Source: Mytilus californianus
Lineage: Eukaryota
Length of the DNA: 64,000 bases
Reading direction: 5' to 3'
Assembly (NCBI RefSeq): GCF_021869535.1
Contig: NW_026262668.1
Location: forward strand, 69,316,001-69,380,000
A program made the position numbers and the translations under genes. The notes under the pieces are model-generated. The model saw only the letters and a list, made by a program, of their open reading frames with translations. It did no database searches and was not told where the DNA came from. Numbering within the stretch: the first letter of the stretch is position 1; each line of letters starts with the position of its first letter. Positions 1 to 14,012 of this stretch are shown here, one piece after another.

Positions 1-1104
1 GTTGAGACCACTTAATTTCTTGTGTTAGAGTAGTTGCGTCCAAAAAGTGCAACAGTATAAAATGATTAGGTGCAAATTCCTCGAAATACTGATAGAAGAA
101 AAAGTCTTCCGTGATGCAGAATTGACACATCATAATATTTGATTGTAAACAATAGTGTTTAATTGAAAAAGGTACTAAGGACGGGTAGATGGTTAGACAA
201 ACGGGATGACAGACGGGGCGATTCCTATTTACCCCAACATTTGCTCTTGAGGTAAAATTAGCTGTCGGGTATGAACCAATGTGACATCAACCTTAACAAC
301 ACAAAAATAAAACCAAGAGATATCTGTAAGTCAGCATACGGTTTCAATGAAAGACAGTGTCTATACAATATGTCAAACTCTTATTAAATTGTCCCGAGTC
401 TAGAAGAAGTGAGTATATGTAAACAAAGATGTCAAAGATCTGACATCGATGTGTATTTCTGTTTCTTTCGCATTAGTGTATTTGCAGAACACAACGCAGA
501 AGAGGGTGTAATAGATTATTTGGGGGAAATAAACACTATATGTATATACTGAACAATAAAGCTTGATATCTTGACATAATTTACAGGCCGATTTACCCTG
601 TATTTTTATTAACCACGGGTTTAAAAACAGACAATTGTTGGACATTTATTGGAATATGAGTATTAGGGATAAACAACATACTACCAATTATTTTACGTAT
701 TTTCATAAAGCAGATACGTTATTGCGTGCATTTTAATTACGATTTTATTTTATTCATTTTTAATCAGCATGCTAAATACTTTATTGCATGGTGATGTCTT
801 TTTTATTGGACTTATTATTTGTTATTGCCCCCTTGATATTTTCTGTCTTCTTAAATGTTTTTTGTTAATCTGTTCATTGTATGATATTATTTGTCAGAAT
901 GAATTAAGTTTGTTTCTAAAAGACAACGCATAACTTAATTTCCGATAGAATTTAGGTTTTTGTAAAATTGTCATTCGAAGAATTTTTTTTGGGGGAAGGG
1001 AGAGGGCTTTTAAAAATGACCCTAGTATGAAATAAATGCCGGAGAAAATGTCCCTTCCTATTTCAAAACTACTAAGTAAAAAGCTAAAAAGCTAAACATT
1101 CTAA

Positions 1105-1410
1105 TCTATTGATTGATTGGTTGATTAATTAATGACTGCTTAACGTTCAATGGCAACATATTAATGAGATATAGATATACCCTGCTTTGCTCATGACCGA
1201 CATGCTGAGTCGGATTTTAAGCATGCTCGCTCAGAAAGTAACAATTCGCATGCTGACATTATCTCACTATTCAGGCACATTTTTCTGACTTTAGATTTTA
1301 CCAATTGCTCGTACTCCTTAATGCCGCGTGTTTGATGGAGATGTAGCAAACGGGAATCGAACCTACAACCTACCAAATTCGAGGCAGGAACACTACCACA
1401 AAGCGATTAT
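1105..1410 (-). mobile_element. tRNA-derived SINE-like repeat (degenerate)
   Basis: The minus strand begins with a tRNA-like head (GTGGTAGTGTTCCTGCCTCG...GGTTCGATTCCC, B-box-like) and ends in a (CAAT)n-like tail. The tail motif 'ttgattgattgg..gcttaacg..cagtggcaa..atattcatgca..ttcaggacga' recurs at ~57190-57255 and ~60540-60590. Confidence 0.55.
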
Positions 1411-2799
1411 AACGCCCTTTCAATTTATTATCCTGTTAAAATGGAAAGATATAATTCTTGTTCTTTATTAAAACGTGTTGTGTCTCTATTTGAGTACCTG
1501 GTCGCGTCAGTAAGGAAAGCTGAAACATAAAATGATAATAATTGTTAGTATATCATAACTGTAATATCATCAGAACATTATTATTATATTTTGACAAATA
1601 AAACAAACGTCTTTTTATATACTTCATACACCTTTACAACATTATAAAGTGCATTCTAATCAGTGGACGAAAAACAAACACCAGGAACAGGAGAAGAAAC
1701 AGATGCACGAAGGCTTCTACAAAAAATGTAGGGCTCCAGTACTGGAACTGCTATTGTTACCACTACTCTTTCTGGTGTACTACTGTTTCATAAGCTTCTT
1801 CTAGTACTGACTATCTAGTTCTGCTATTTTGCTGATGATTATGCTCCCGTTTACAGTTTAAATGATGTAACAATGTATGCTGTTGTTAAATGAGTTACAT
1901 AAAAGGGCGTATCTTCAAAGTCTACGTATCGACAGCACGCTCAGTTGAAGAAAAGATAATCCGGGTCAAGAAATTTTCTCTGGTATTTTGTTGTACATTT
2001 ATAAAATATTTGATTTTGAGAGAATTTCTCTAAGTGACGCAGTCTTTTAATCTGGTGAATTGAATGGAGTATAAATATCCACCTATATCACGGCTATTAC
2101 TCTTATTACTACCACCAGTTATGACTACAGCACTTTCTCAACAGTACTAATAACTTTGAACATATATTCTCCTTCTTTTGCCTTTATTCAAGATATTCGA
2201 ATTTCAGTTTTTAACATTCGAGGTTTTATTATATATAGTGTGCGTATTAAATTTTTTATATTAAAATATGGAGACCAGAGAAATATTGTTTCTCATTATC
2301 CAACAGAGGAATAATTTCTTTCTCCTATAAATTTTTCATTTTTTCGTTTTTGTTTTAAGCCCCGTGGTCGGACATGGCATCAATGGAAGCTATTAATGAC
2401 GTTACGTTATATTAAACTAGCTACCAATCAGTGAAAGTTCCAGAAAAAACTAGCTATAATTCTAGATGCTTGGTATTTTTATTATAACATATTTCTGTCT
2501 ATAGAAATGCAATCAGCTTGAATACAAAGAGATGTGAAGTAAAAGTCAATGGGACTGCAATCCATCAACACAATAAAACGCATAAGACATATATCGTTTT
2601 AAGTGCTCTTGGTATATAACGTCTGTCCTCGAGACTTTTAATTGGTTGCATTCGATGTGATGCTGATTTCTTAATGTTTTGTGCATTTCAAACAAATGTT
2701 TTACGGGGCTAAGAAGTCTACATGCGCTTTAAATTGGACAAGAGGATAGTTATGCAATATCTTATACATTCTGTGTGATAAAGTAATAGTATCTTTTTG

Positions 2800-3110
2800 T
2801 ATTTAAGGGATAACTGTAATATTTTTTCTGTCTATGAAGAAATAACATCAAAAATGTGATGCACACTGAATAACTCGCGTAGCGGGTTATTTTAAAGTGT
2901 GCATCACATTTTTTATGTTATTTCGAATAGACAGATAAAATATTACAGTTATTTCTTATAATTTAATTCTAAATTCCATTTTAAACCGGAGTAAACAATG
3001 AAAAAACGTTGCTGACGTCACGGTCACATGACTAAATTATGTCTATGAGCTGATAAACAAAACAACGTCAGCCAATCATCAGACGCGTTACATCCACAAT
3101 TAAATTATTC
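2800..3110. mobile_element. Non-autonomous palindromic (hairpin) element, possibly Crypton-related
   Basis: Imperfect ~70-bp-arm inverted repeat at 2810-2952 centred on AATAACTCGCGTAGCGGGTTATT. It is followed by a tail ending GTCAGCCAATCA...AATTAT, the same architecture as 48093-50008. Confidence 0.55.
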
Positions 3111-3181
3111 AAAAAGAAATATGATACAATATTATTCCATTTCATATTGTTAATAATCATAATTAACATAGAACTTACAGA

Positions 3182-3263
3182 TCAACCTTGATGACCATGA
3201 TCCACGTGGCCAAGGTGTTTCATGAGCTGAAAAGAATGATATAATTTTGTTATGATCTTTAAC

Positions 3264-3294
<31 letters not shown>

Positions 3295-3505
3295 AAAGTC
3301 TATAAAAAAAGGAACAACCAGCAAATCTAATATGTGTCGGATCGTCTAGAATAGACGGTATTGCGCAGATAAGGAAAAGTTATAAAAGTCTAAAGATTTG
3401 CGCAACGGTACTTATATAAAATGGTAATATACGAAGATGATGTTATAAAATCGTGTTGACAAATAATTCGGCTGAACAAATAGCCTTCGTCAGTGTCATA
3501 TGTGA

Positions 3506-3552
<47 letters not shown>

Positions 3553-6500
3553 GAAGGAAAATAGTTCGATAAGCATATTATATTTACAATATTTATTCAC
3601 TAATGGGACTTAAAAAACGGATATAAGACATTATATAAATTTGGTCCTTCAAAGAGGTTTTCTTGATTTACTCTCTCCATGTTTTTATGAACGCAAACAA
3701 CGCCAGCACAAATAAAAGATGATGAAATCACCACACAAGTGAAGTGTGTTGCTTTAAAATTTGATGTTTTGTTTTGTTGAGTATTATAACTATAAAATGC
3801 TAGTGCAATTTAAAAATCAGGTTTATTAAGTCAATGGGACAAACACTAATATTTCTCTCAATACAAAACAGGAACCAACTGTCTTTGCTCTGGTGGATAG
3901 TTGTCTAATTGGAAATCATACCACATCTACTTATTTTATATATGTTTTTAGAATTGTATTCAAATTTTCTTTCATATTTCCATATAAAAATGGTTTAAAA
4001 AGAATACACAAACATTGGTTGACTTGTGGGTCATCTATAAAATGTTTTGAACAAGTGTCATTAGGGGAGATGTCATTTGTCGTCAAATATGTTTTCCATG
4101 TATAAATTATTCTACTATTGTTGACTTCTCAGGCAAACAAACAGTTGAATCTTAATATGACAGACATTAAAAAATACAAGAGTAAATGTGAATAAAAGCA
4201 TATTTTGGGTATGACATCAATGAGACAGCAGCCCAAAGACAAAAATAACCCTAAAGATGTCCAGAGAGCAACAATACTTTATAGTAGGCAATGTATATAG
4301 GCGTATACAAAAGCAACTATAAAAAAGAAATTCATAGACGTATTAAAAAAAGATATTCAGTATTAATAATTAAGATACAATCTGTTTCAATTGGTAATTT
4401 AAATAAAAAATCTAATCTTAAAGAAATTGTGTGCTGCATTTATGGCCAGTATATTGAGCACTGGGTGTTACCAGTATAGTCTTACCTGAACGTAATAATG
4501 TTCAAACTCATGTTCGCTGACCTGTCCATCTCCTGTAAAAATGAAATGCATATATTACAATGAATAAATCAACTAACATGCACCCTTTGTTATCATACTC
4601 TTCACCATATTATAGAAAAAGCCTATAAAAACATTGATAACTGGTCGTACAACGATAAGGGTGTAAGTTGTGCGTTAGCGTTGTATTTTATTTTATATCT
4701 CTTTTCTGTATAACTTCATTGTGAAAATCTTGCTTCAATTCTTGTAACTTTTGTCTGGAATAAAAAATCCATAGTAGATAAAATGTGTAAGATTAATACC
4801 GTAATTGTATGATTTCAGTTGTATTTCTGATGTTCACTTACAAAAGTATCAAAGTTTATTTGAATAATATAACAATTTCTTAGAACTTTATTATGCAAAT
4901 GGAGACACAAATAAATAAACATTTCAAATTGTTAAATGTGCCACATGAATGAATTAGATTAATCAATACTTTCATAAGAATTCGCTGTAATTTGTAACTA
5001 AAGAGTACCTGTTTGGTCCATTTTATGTAGTACGGTCATTGCTTCTGCATGGGTCAGAGAACAGTCACTATTAGGATCAAAACTGCTAAATATTTGTAAG
5101 GCAAGTGCCTTTGGAGCAGACGAGTGAGCTACGTATTCATCACATGTTAACGTTCCGTCACCTGAAACAATAGAAACATTATAATCTATAGTACAATTGA
5201 AATTTAACCATGTCTTGAAATACAATTTATAGTATTTAAATAAATGTCTTGACAACCAGGTATATTCAGTCTTTTTGCAATATTTTGTTTTCGTATATTG
5301 CTGCCTAAATAGGCAATCTTAAAAATATATAATTTTAAATCATTATGACTTAGTGGACTTATGAAAAGGAACAACACAGGAGACTGCATCCCGTCTCAGA
5401 GAATCTATTTTCAATAAATAAAAAGAAAGGAACATGTGTAAATGACAACAAGTCAACCACCGAAAACGGATTATAAGTTTGATTAGATAATGTTTTATTT
5501 ATCTTTGTTCCACATTTCATTTCTTGAAAGTCGCGAGGTCTAAACGAAGAATTGGACGTCGATTTGAGAAAAAAAAAACCTCTTCAATTAGAGGCCGATA
5601 TAATCGGCCGTCGATTTAGAGTTTTTCTAAATTATTGCAACGTCAGATTGGACGTCGAATTGAGGAACGGACGTCGATTAGAGACCAGTGTCCTATAGCC
5701 ATTTTCCGGGGGGAAGAACTGGATCGATCCAGTTTCCCCTCCCCCCCCCCTTCCGGAAAAATTGGCATGATCCAACTTTTCCCCCTCAGCGTGAAGGGGA
5801 GGGACCAGGATCAGGCCTATTCTCCTCCCTAGTAACACGATAAGCTCATTTTTTCCCATTGTAGTATCGTCAGCGACGTCAGTTGGAAATTTTATCCATT
5901 AAATGATGGTTACCTTCTTTTAAATAGTTTAGTGTTACCAAACAATAATCGTGGACACATAAACAGACCAGTTAACAAATTGACAGACTGGTGGTCCTAT
6001 AGACAAACTATTGGACACACACCAAGACCGGTGGATGTGTAGACATGTAAACAGACTGTGGACCCATAGACAGACTTGTACACATGTCGACAGAGTAGTG
6101 GACACATGGCTAGACCAGTGGATGAACAAGTTGACTGGTTGGTGAACATGTCGAACGACTGGTTGACACGTAGACAGACTGGTGAATATATAGAGAGACT
6201 TGCGGAGACACACAGACTGGTGAACATGTGACAGACGTGTAGGCCTGTCGACAGACTGGTGAACATGTGACAGACGTGTAGGCCTGTCGACAGACTGGTG
6301 AACATGTGACAGACGTGTAGGCCTGTCGACAGACTGGTGAACATGTGACAGACGTGTAGGCCTGTCGACAGACTGGTGAACATGTGACAGACGTGTAGGC
6401 CTGTCGACAGACTGGTGAACATGTGACAGACGTGTAAGCCTGTCGACAGACTGGTGAACATGTGACAGACGTGTAAGCCTGTCGACAGACTGGTGAACAC

Positions 6501-9500
6501 GTGACAGACTTGTAAGCCTGTCGACAGACTGGTGAACATGTGACAGACGTGTAGGCCTGTCGACAGACTGGTGAACATGTGACAGACGTGTAAGCCTGTC
6601 GACAGACTGGTGAACACGTGACAGACTTGTAAGCCTGTCGACAGACTGGTGAACATGTGACAGACGTGTAAGCCTGTCGACAGACTGGTGAACATGTGAC
6701 AGACGTGTAGGCCTGTCGACAGACTGGTGAACATGTGACAGACGTGTAGGCCTGTCGACAGACTGGTGAACATGTGACAGACGTGTAAGCCTGTCGACAG
6801 ACTGGTTACTATATACACAATATGGTGAACATGTAAACGGATTTGTGGACATATACACAAATTGGTGGACATGTTCACAGACTACTGAACATAAAGACAG
6901 ACTAATGGACATTTAGACAGACGAGTGGCCATGCAGAAATATACTGAGATTTGTAGATACGTGGTGAAATCACCATACTATCTGGCATGCACACGTAAGC
7001 GGACACAGACGGCTGCACAAACTTAAAGTTCAATGTTTAATGTAGGTTAACTCCTTTAAATAAGTATTATACCAATGTCCGTTTTTCAGGATGTTAAATA
7101 TATGAAAGGATGGACAATTTCAACCTATCATATACCAATATTAATGGGTGGCAATTTTATCAAACAATATACATTTGTACATGTATCAATGGGTCATAAT
7201 ATCCTAATGAATATTAAATAAAATTAATCCTGCGGTGAAAGTGTTAATCTCTAAAATTTTTACAGTGGTATTTTATCATCAACAGTAAATATGAGAACAC
7301 ATTTTCTTGTAAGCCGTACGAATAAATCGAATTTTTGGACAGAGTCAATACTAGTAAATGAACGGGATATTTATCGAATGCAAACGGCACCCCTGTAACA
7401 AAAAATAGGTGCCCCACCCCTACTCCCCGACCCCAGACCTTTCATGTGACATGCGCCGTGTCGACAAAACGAACACAATTTGTACCCAATATTTTTCTAT
7501 TGAACCTAAGCCGAAATACAGATTATTTTAGCATTCCAGGAATCAATCATTTCTTAAGAAAATGCGAAAAATATATGCAATAAATGGCCATAATTTGATG
7601 TAAATATATACATATATATAGTAAAATCTATATTGTGGGGGGAAATATGGGCATGGGGGAAAAGTGGCTATATGTATACGTATTGTCAATTTTCCGCGGG
7701 GGGAGAATGGCAATGATCCAAAATTTCCCCGGGGAAAAAATGAGATCATGGCAGTTTTTCCCCCGGGGAAAAAAACTGGCATGGGGGAAAATGGCTATAT
7801 AACACCGGTCGTCGATCTGAGTCCAACATATAGCTATATTGTATGTATAAGCGGCAATATATAAAGTAGCACAGAAAAAAAAACAGTTTAACGATGGAAA
7901 TTTAAAATTCAAAATTTGTCGTTGTTTTAACATGTAGCACTTTAGTTCTTGCATTTGACCAATTGCTAAGCAAGGATATATCAACTGTATTTTCAAAGAA
8001 GTGATAACATTTGTCAACAAAAGTTGCAGGTTTTTGTAATTAAACCATACAAAACACATATTTTTAATGAAATGTCCATGCAGTCTGAAGACATTAGAGA
8101 CAATTGAATATTATAATTATGCAGCTAAAATCACATTTGTTTTTTGTACTTTTCTAAATACTTGATATGCATGATAATAGACTATGTATAACTAAATCTG
8201 GAAGGTTTATAGTTCGATCTTTTTAAGACAATGATACATTAATTCTTTATTACTTTTATGCAATTGAAGATCTTGTTACTCTCAAATTGCTCGGTCACTG
8301 ACGTGACCTCGCATAAATAGTACACCAAAGCTATTCATAACATAACAGTAACTTATCGATGAAAAAAAAAATGCAAAAAAGAAAATAAGAACTAACTATT
8401 ATCGTCGTCAGCCTTTAGAACTGCCTCATATTCGCTGTTTTCCAATATTCCGTCATGATTCGTGTCAAGACGAGCAAACCCTTTAGCTACCAATACATTC
8501 AAATCATGTCCATGGACATGAACCTGACTGTAAAAAATAGTAATGCATTAGAGCATGGGGCTTTCCCATGGGTCATTTTTCTACAATATTGTGTTACTGC
8601 AACACATATGCTATAACCCTAAATTACTCATATGTAACCAACTAAAAATATATACATTTTTACGACATACAATAATAAAATCTTTATGTAGATTTCAAAT
8701 CAATAACTATAAGTAGATGATGAACTGTCAAATTGGCAGAGGGATATTTTCATCAGCAGAACAATGTCAGGGGGAAACATACACTGCAGAAGTATTGACT
8801 TTCCATTGAAAGTATCCTAGTAGGATGTACTTTCTGGAATCACTTGCTATTTATTCAAATGAAATTTATAAGCAGTCGTTTTGGTTGACTATATGTAGAT
8901 ATTGTCTTCAATACTGATCATGTTCGCTTTTTCAATTTCTGTTATTTTTCTGTTGATCTTGTATAGTTTTCGATGAGTAACACAACGGTTGACATTAGTT
9001 GAGCAGGATCTGCTTATCCTTCCGGAGCATTTAAGATCACCCCTAGTTTTTGGTGGAGTTCGTGTTGTTCAGTCATTAGTTTTCAATGTAGTGTTTTTGT
9101 GAACTTGTTGGTCTTTTCATCGTCTTTCGTTTTATTTTGTTGTCATAGTGTTGTCAGTTTCCGTTTTTTCTTAAGAGTTTTGAATGTTCTATTGGTATGT
9201 ATAGCCTCTTTTTTCAAGAAAATAACACTTTTTGCAAGATTTTCAAGATAGTATACAAATACTAGAATTTTATCCCTATGTTCTATTTTTAGCCATGGTG
9301 ACCATGTTGGATCATCGGACATATTTTCTTCAATCAGATACTCTATTATACTTATATCCCTACCGTTATTATCTTAGGATGATTGTGGCCAAGCTAAGAT
9401 TTAAAAAAAGAATTAGAGATGGCAATGAAACAGTTGAGCTAAAAATACAATAATGACTTACCAATAAGCATATCCAAAAAGTAGGGATAATACGACAAGC

Positions 9501-9508
9501 AACTGCAT
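3182..9508 (-). CDS. Secreted four-EF-hand calcium-binding protein, paralogue B (140 aa); coding exons 9508-9462, 8527-8397, 5161-5009, 4532-4486, 3226-3182
   Basis: All introns are GT-AG and phase-compatible (2,1,1,0). Translation: MQLLVVLSLLFGYAYC QVHVHGHDLNVLVAKGFARLDTNHDGILENSEYEAVLKADDDNSDGTLTCDEYVAHSSAPKALALQIFSSFDPNSDCSLTHAEAMTVLHKMDQTGDGQVSEHEFEHYYVQLMKHLGHVDHGHQG*. It has a signal peptide and EF loops DTNHDGILENSE, DDNSDGTLTCDE, DPNSDCSLTHAE, DQTGDGQVSEHE. An acceptor at 9515-9517 implies an upstream 5'UTR exon (candidate donor near 10805). Architecture resembles molluscan secreted EF-hand shell-matrix proteins (inference). Confidence 0.9.
3505..3550. repeat. (TA)n(TG)n compound microsatellite
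   Basis: Seen directly. Other simple repeats: (TA)n ~3264-3288, ~17803-17822, ~20393-20417, ~56043-56100; (CA)n ~26415-26437; (GAT)n ~39677-39724. Confidence 0.95.
5686..7807. mobile_element. Non-autonomous TIR DNA transposon (unclassified) carrying a minisatellite
   Basis: The left end CAGTGTCCTATAGCCATTTTCC matches the reverse complement of the right end (CGGTGTTATATAGCCATTTTCC). Both ends have G/C-tract subterminal repeats. No clear TSD was found. Confidence 0.6.
6212..6806. repeat. 39-bp minisatellite, ~15 near-perfect units with degenerate flanks (~6000-6930)
   Basis: Unit GACAGACTGGTGAACATGTGACAGACGTGTAGGCCTGTC. It lies in the intron after coding exon 2 of EF-hand paralogue B and produces the spurious ORFs 5935-6912 and 5997-6878. 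Confidence 0.95.
8985..9200 (+). mobile_element. Dispersed repeat, 3' tail of a Penelope-like retroelement
   Basis: Motif GAGCAGGAxCTGCTTAxCCTTCCGGAGCAxxTxAGATCACCCCxxGTTTTTGGTGGxGTTCGTGTTG. Copies at ~13620-13830 (-), ~16250-16440 (+), ~31200-31380 (+, attached to an RT remnant) and ~44870-44950 (+). Confidence 0.55.
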
Positions 9509-9599
9509 GGTGATCTAAAACAAAATATCAAAGATCCAAACAATCTATAGTGCTTGATAGTTTTACTGACAAAACATTTGTTTCGATTGTAGGGCGTAT

Positions 9600-10095
9600 T
9601 CGTAAGTCCATATGGACGTATTTCTAAGTCTACATGGACGTACATTTGTATTCCCAAGTCCATATGGACGTATTTCTAAGTCTACATGAACGTATTCCAA
9701 AGTCCATATGGACGTATTTCTAAGTCTACATGAACGTATTCCCAAGTCCATATGGACGTATTTCTAAGTCTACATAGACGTATTCCTTAACCTATATAAG
9801 TGTATTCCTTACTCTATATTGGTGTATTCCTTACTCTATGTGGGTGTATTCCTTACTCTATATGGGTGTATTCCTTACTCTATATGGGTGTATTCCTAAC
9901 TCTATATGGGTGTATTCCTAATTCTGTATGGGTATATTCCTGAGTCAATATGATGTATTCCTAAGGCTATATGGGTGTAGTCCTATTTCTACATGGGTGT
10001 ATTCCTTGGTATATCTGGGTGTATTCCTTACTCTATATGAGTGTATTCCTTAGTCTATATGGATATATTCATAAGTTTATCTGAGTGTATTTATC
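9600..10095. repeat. 22-bp-based minisatellite (44-bp dimers grading into 22-bp monomers)
   Basis: Units GGACGTATTTCTAAGTCTACAT / GAACGTATTCCAAAGTCCATAT, then GGGTGTATTCCTTACTCTATAT. It lies just upstream of the first coding exon of EF-hand paralogue B. Confidence 0.9.
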
Positions 10096-13000
10096 TGATT
10101 AAAATACTGGATCTGACAAAACTCTATTTTCTTGGTAATTATTCAATCAGTAAATCAAATGTTATCCATCTAATTTATTAAGGTATATGTCATTGTTTAC
10201 AATACTTTGAATTGTTCGAAATAACTAAGGACTGTCTTTCCCGGGAATAGATTATATTGGCTGTATTTGGAAAAACCGTTCGCAATTTTGGGTCCTCTGC
10301 GTACTTTATTTGGCTTTTTATCTTTTTTTTTAATTCGAGTGAACCGATCAGTTTTTTGTAGATATCTTTGATGAGTTTCTTTCAACACGACAAAACCAGA
10401 GGATCTCGAACATTATTTAAAACAGAAAGTAAAACTTAGCGTTGTCTGATCCTATTGAAGTCATATACTGATAGTATTCCATCTTCTGATTCTAGTACTC
10501 AATACAAATCATCATCTATAGATTTCAAGTAATTAGTGCTACATTGATGACCGGTATATGTTCAATATGTATGAAGTCTAACTGTTTCAAAAGCAGAATA
10601 CCAGACAAAATGCATGTACATTGGGAGAACTCGACAATAAAATATACGATTTTTAAGACTTATCCACTTTATAAAATACGTATCATATAGAAATAGAAAG
10701 TATGATGAGATTAATTTTTCCAAGAAACTGTAAAATTTGAAGTACAAATAAATACCTCATGCATAAATTTGAAGATATCTCGAACGATATAAATTTAGCA
10801 CTCACCTAGATCCAAGTGAAGACTTACTAAGACTAGTCTAGACTATAGCTAGCATTTAAAGCTTAGTCATTAGTCTTATCTTTCATACAGGTAAATGACA
10901 AATCACGTTTTCCTTAGTTTGGTTGACGTTAGTTTCACTATCCATCATAACTAGAAACAGTCTTCATTACCTCAAGTCATGATTCCATTGATGCTATATG
11001 TGTGTTAATATATTTTGCCTCCATATATCGATCTTTATCTAAATGCAATTGGTAGCAGAAGAGAAAAGCAATTACAGAAAAAAGTCATGCTTTATCCTTT
11101 TTATGGTCAATCGTTTGGCAGATTAAAAAGTATCCACGCCAACAAAACGAAAGAATCAGCCGTTTAAAAATTGTTAATTACTTAATAGTTATATTCTCAG
11201 AAGATGAAAGTACGCTTTTTAACAAGAAACCGTAGCTCCTTTTCAAGAACAGAACTGGTGAAGGCAAAAAACCATCATTGCGAAATCGAAAAGGAGTCCA
11301 GTCTTACAGCAAAATATAACGAGGCCGCTATATAATTGTTTAGGATATATCTCAAATGATTATACTGCTAGCATTCGGAAGCTAATGTATTCCAGACAGC
11401 GGACAGACAAGAGAAAAGAACACTTGCTTTACTACACAATTATTTTCTATAGATCACAAATTTGCTTAAAAATCATACTCTTATTTATCTATCTGAAAAT
11501 ATAATTTATATAAATGATCTCTATTATCATCAATGCCTTTAATTTGTATTTAGTGAAAATTAGTGATCAGTTCATATGAGGAATTGTTTTTATGTGTATC
11601 AGTTAAATCACATTTCATTGTGCCTGGTCATTTTTCGTTCAACGAAAATATGGATATATTGAGTGGGGAAACATCTAATGACTGGCCGACTTTATTGAAA
11701 GCAAGTTCAAAAGGAATAATAATATTATCATTATAAAGTATTCAATCTTTGGATTATACTTAAAGTCATATGATACTTCAAATAAACAAAAAAGTTGAAT
11801 ATGTTTTATTTACTTGAATGAATAAGTTTTATTATAAAACATATGTACAAAGACTGTCTTTTAAATGAAAATCCTTAATATTATCAAAATCTTCAGAAAT
11901 GAACTGCTATTGAATTATCGTCTTCCCGTACTGCTAATTCGCCGAAAGTATTTCCATATGCAGGGACCTCTCGTTAGAACTTCGGCAAAACCAGAAATTT
12001 AACTAGCAGTCACATTGTTCGATCATCAATCGTTGAATGAAATATTTTTTGTCGATTATACTTTATGGGTTCATAATAAATGCAATAAAACACGCGCATA
12101 CAGGACTTGGTTTAGTACATATGCATACATTGGTTCAATAATTTACTTAATATAATGATTACACCAAACTTGCTTCAAATCAAAACCAAACAAACTCGTT
12201 TTATATTACTTATAAATTAATAGTTTCATCATTGACATAACATGCAATAGTTGTCTAGTGATATGGTGCAGTACATTTATTATTACAAAAATTGGACTTT
12301 TTGAACCTGTTAATGATACGTGCCATACTTATTTTAAACATATTCAAAACCCATGGAAACAATCATAAAATAAAGCACAAAAGTATAAGATGTTGTAAAT
12401 ATGAAAACAAGGACATGTAATTTAACTAATGCATCGATGCTTTCGTTACAGAGTCTGATAAATTTAACTTTTTAGATTTGTATTATGACGCCATTTTAGT
12501 TTGATGTTCGCCAAAAAAAAATGCAATTCGAACAAGAAAAACACCGAATTATACATTGTAATAAATCAGACAATAATTATATTGATAAGGCACGGCAATC
12601 GCCATTGATATAACGTCTGCATTATTCATTACGAAATAGTTATGTACTATGCCCCATTAATGTCCTCTGCATGCAGATATTAAATAAGGCTAACACCGAC
12701 GCATCCACCCACATGTTAAGGTCAACGCACGACAATGGCCTAAATAAAACTGTATAATCACCAAAACCCCATTCATAATATGACCCCAAAAATTGGTTGT
12801 TTGAAGTATAACGATTCTTTAATTATTTTTTTAGTGAATTAAATCATTTTAGTTCAACATGACGAAAGTTACAAACAATTTTTATCTGACTGTAATCCTT
12901 TGATTTACAGTCGATAACTAATGAATGATTTACATTGTATTAACGCATTTACAATTGCTCAACAACACTATAACTTTGCAATAATTGTTGACGGCATAAA

Positions 13001-14012
13001 TTTAAGCTATTAGCTTTTGATAATCTTCATTAATCGCTTTCCATTTTCAATAAAACCGCGATTTTTTACACTTTTGTGGGTCAAATGACATGTGGTCCAA
13101 TTCCTTAGCATCACCATATTATTTGATCCAAATAAAGTCATTTGTGTTACCCGAGACCTCCTGACTTACCTTTCTCGTCTACAAAAAGAAAAGATATAAC
13201 AAATTTTAAAGCAAGTCTTGGGTTTTATGCTTCTTTCCATACACTCTGAATTCTTATAAGTTTTATAAGTAGAAAGAAGTGATATAAAGGGGGAGTCGGT
13301 GGCAAAAGAACAGAACGTAAAACGCCCACTTTCTTCACATTCTTGATGGTTTATTGGTTTAATCATGCATGTCAATTTGGTATTGCATTTGGACTTTTTG
13401 TTATACATTTTTTTGGTTGAAACAAACGAATGTATATATTGATATATTGACTTTCCAGCGACTTCGACTTTCATTAAAATGCAGCTAGTTTCGCTGAAAC
13501 AGTTATGTGTCATTAATTACTTGGGACAGCGGTGTATCACCATAAAAGAATGCTATACTTCAAATTCAACTAGACATCAATCAGGAAGTGATATTTCAAT
13601 TGAGACCACTATGATAAATAAAATATAGAGATACGATACCCAGGAGGCAAACAAAAGTCATATAAAAGCAGACAACACCATGACCAAAAATAAAACAACA
13701 AAAACGCAAACATTGATACACAGAAACTAAAGAGTGAGCAACACGAACCCCACCAAAAACTACAGGTAAGCTCAGGTGCTCCATTTTGGTCAGCAGTTTC
13801 TGCTTCACTAGTGGCACTCGTCGTGTTACTCTTGTTATATGGACAATTATCACAGTCATTATAAAATAATGCGAACACAGCATATAACCTACATATTGTG
13901 ACAGTGCATTATAGTCAACTTGAGGTCGTGGTAAAACCTGTATAGCATTAACTATATCAACATGATAAAACAAGTGACCATTAACAATGACAACGTTAAG
14001 TTAATCTTTTAT

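Noticed and set aside
400-645. 81-aa minus-strand ORF as a possible third EF-hand paralogue
   Set aside because: No EF loop and no matching exon structure or splice sites.
1340-1410. tRNA-like sequence; also ~39990-40045
   Set aside because: Only A/B-box-like remnants attached to SINE bodies; no complete cloverleaf could be built.
5935-6912. 325-aa and 293-aa repetitive ORFs (HVHQSVDRPTRLS / MFTSLSTGLHVCH repeats)
   Set aside because: They arise from a stop-free 39-bp (3n) minisatellite inside an intron and a TIR element, open in several frames, with no splice or signal evidence.
13596-13973. 125-aa and 89-aa ORFs; similar ORFs at 16121-16643
   Set aside because: They overlap Penelope-like tail repeats and have no coherent protein features.
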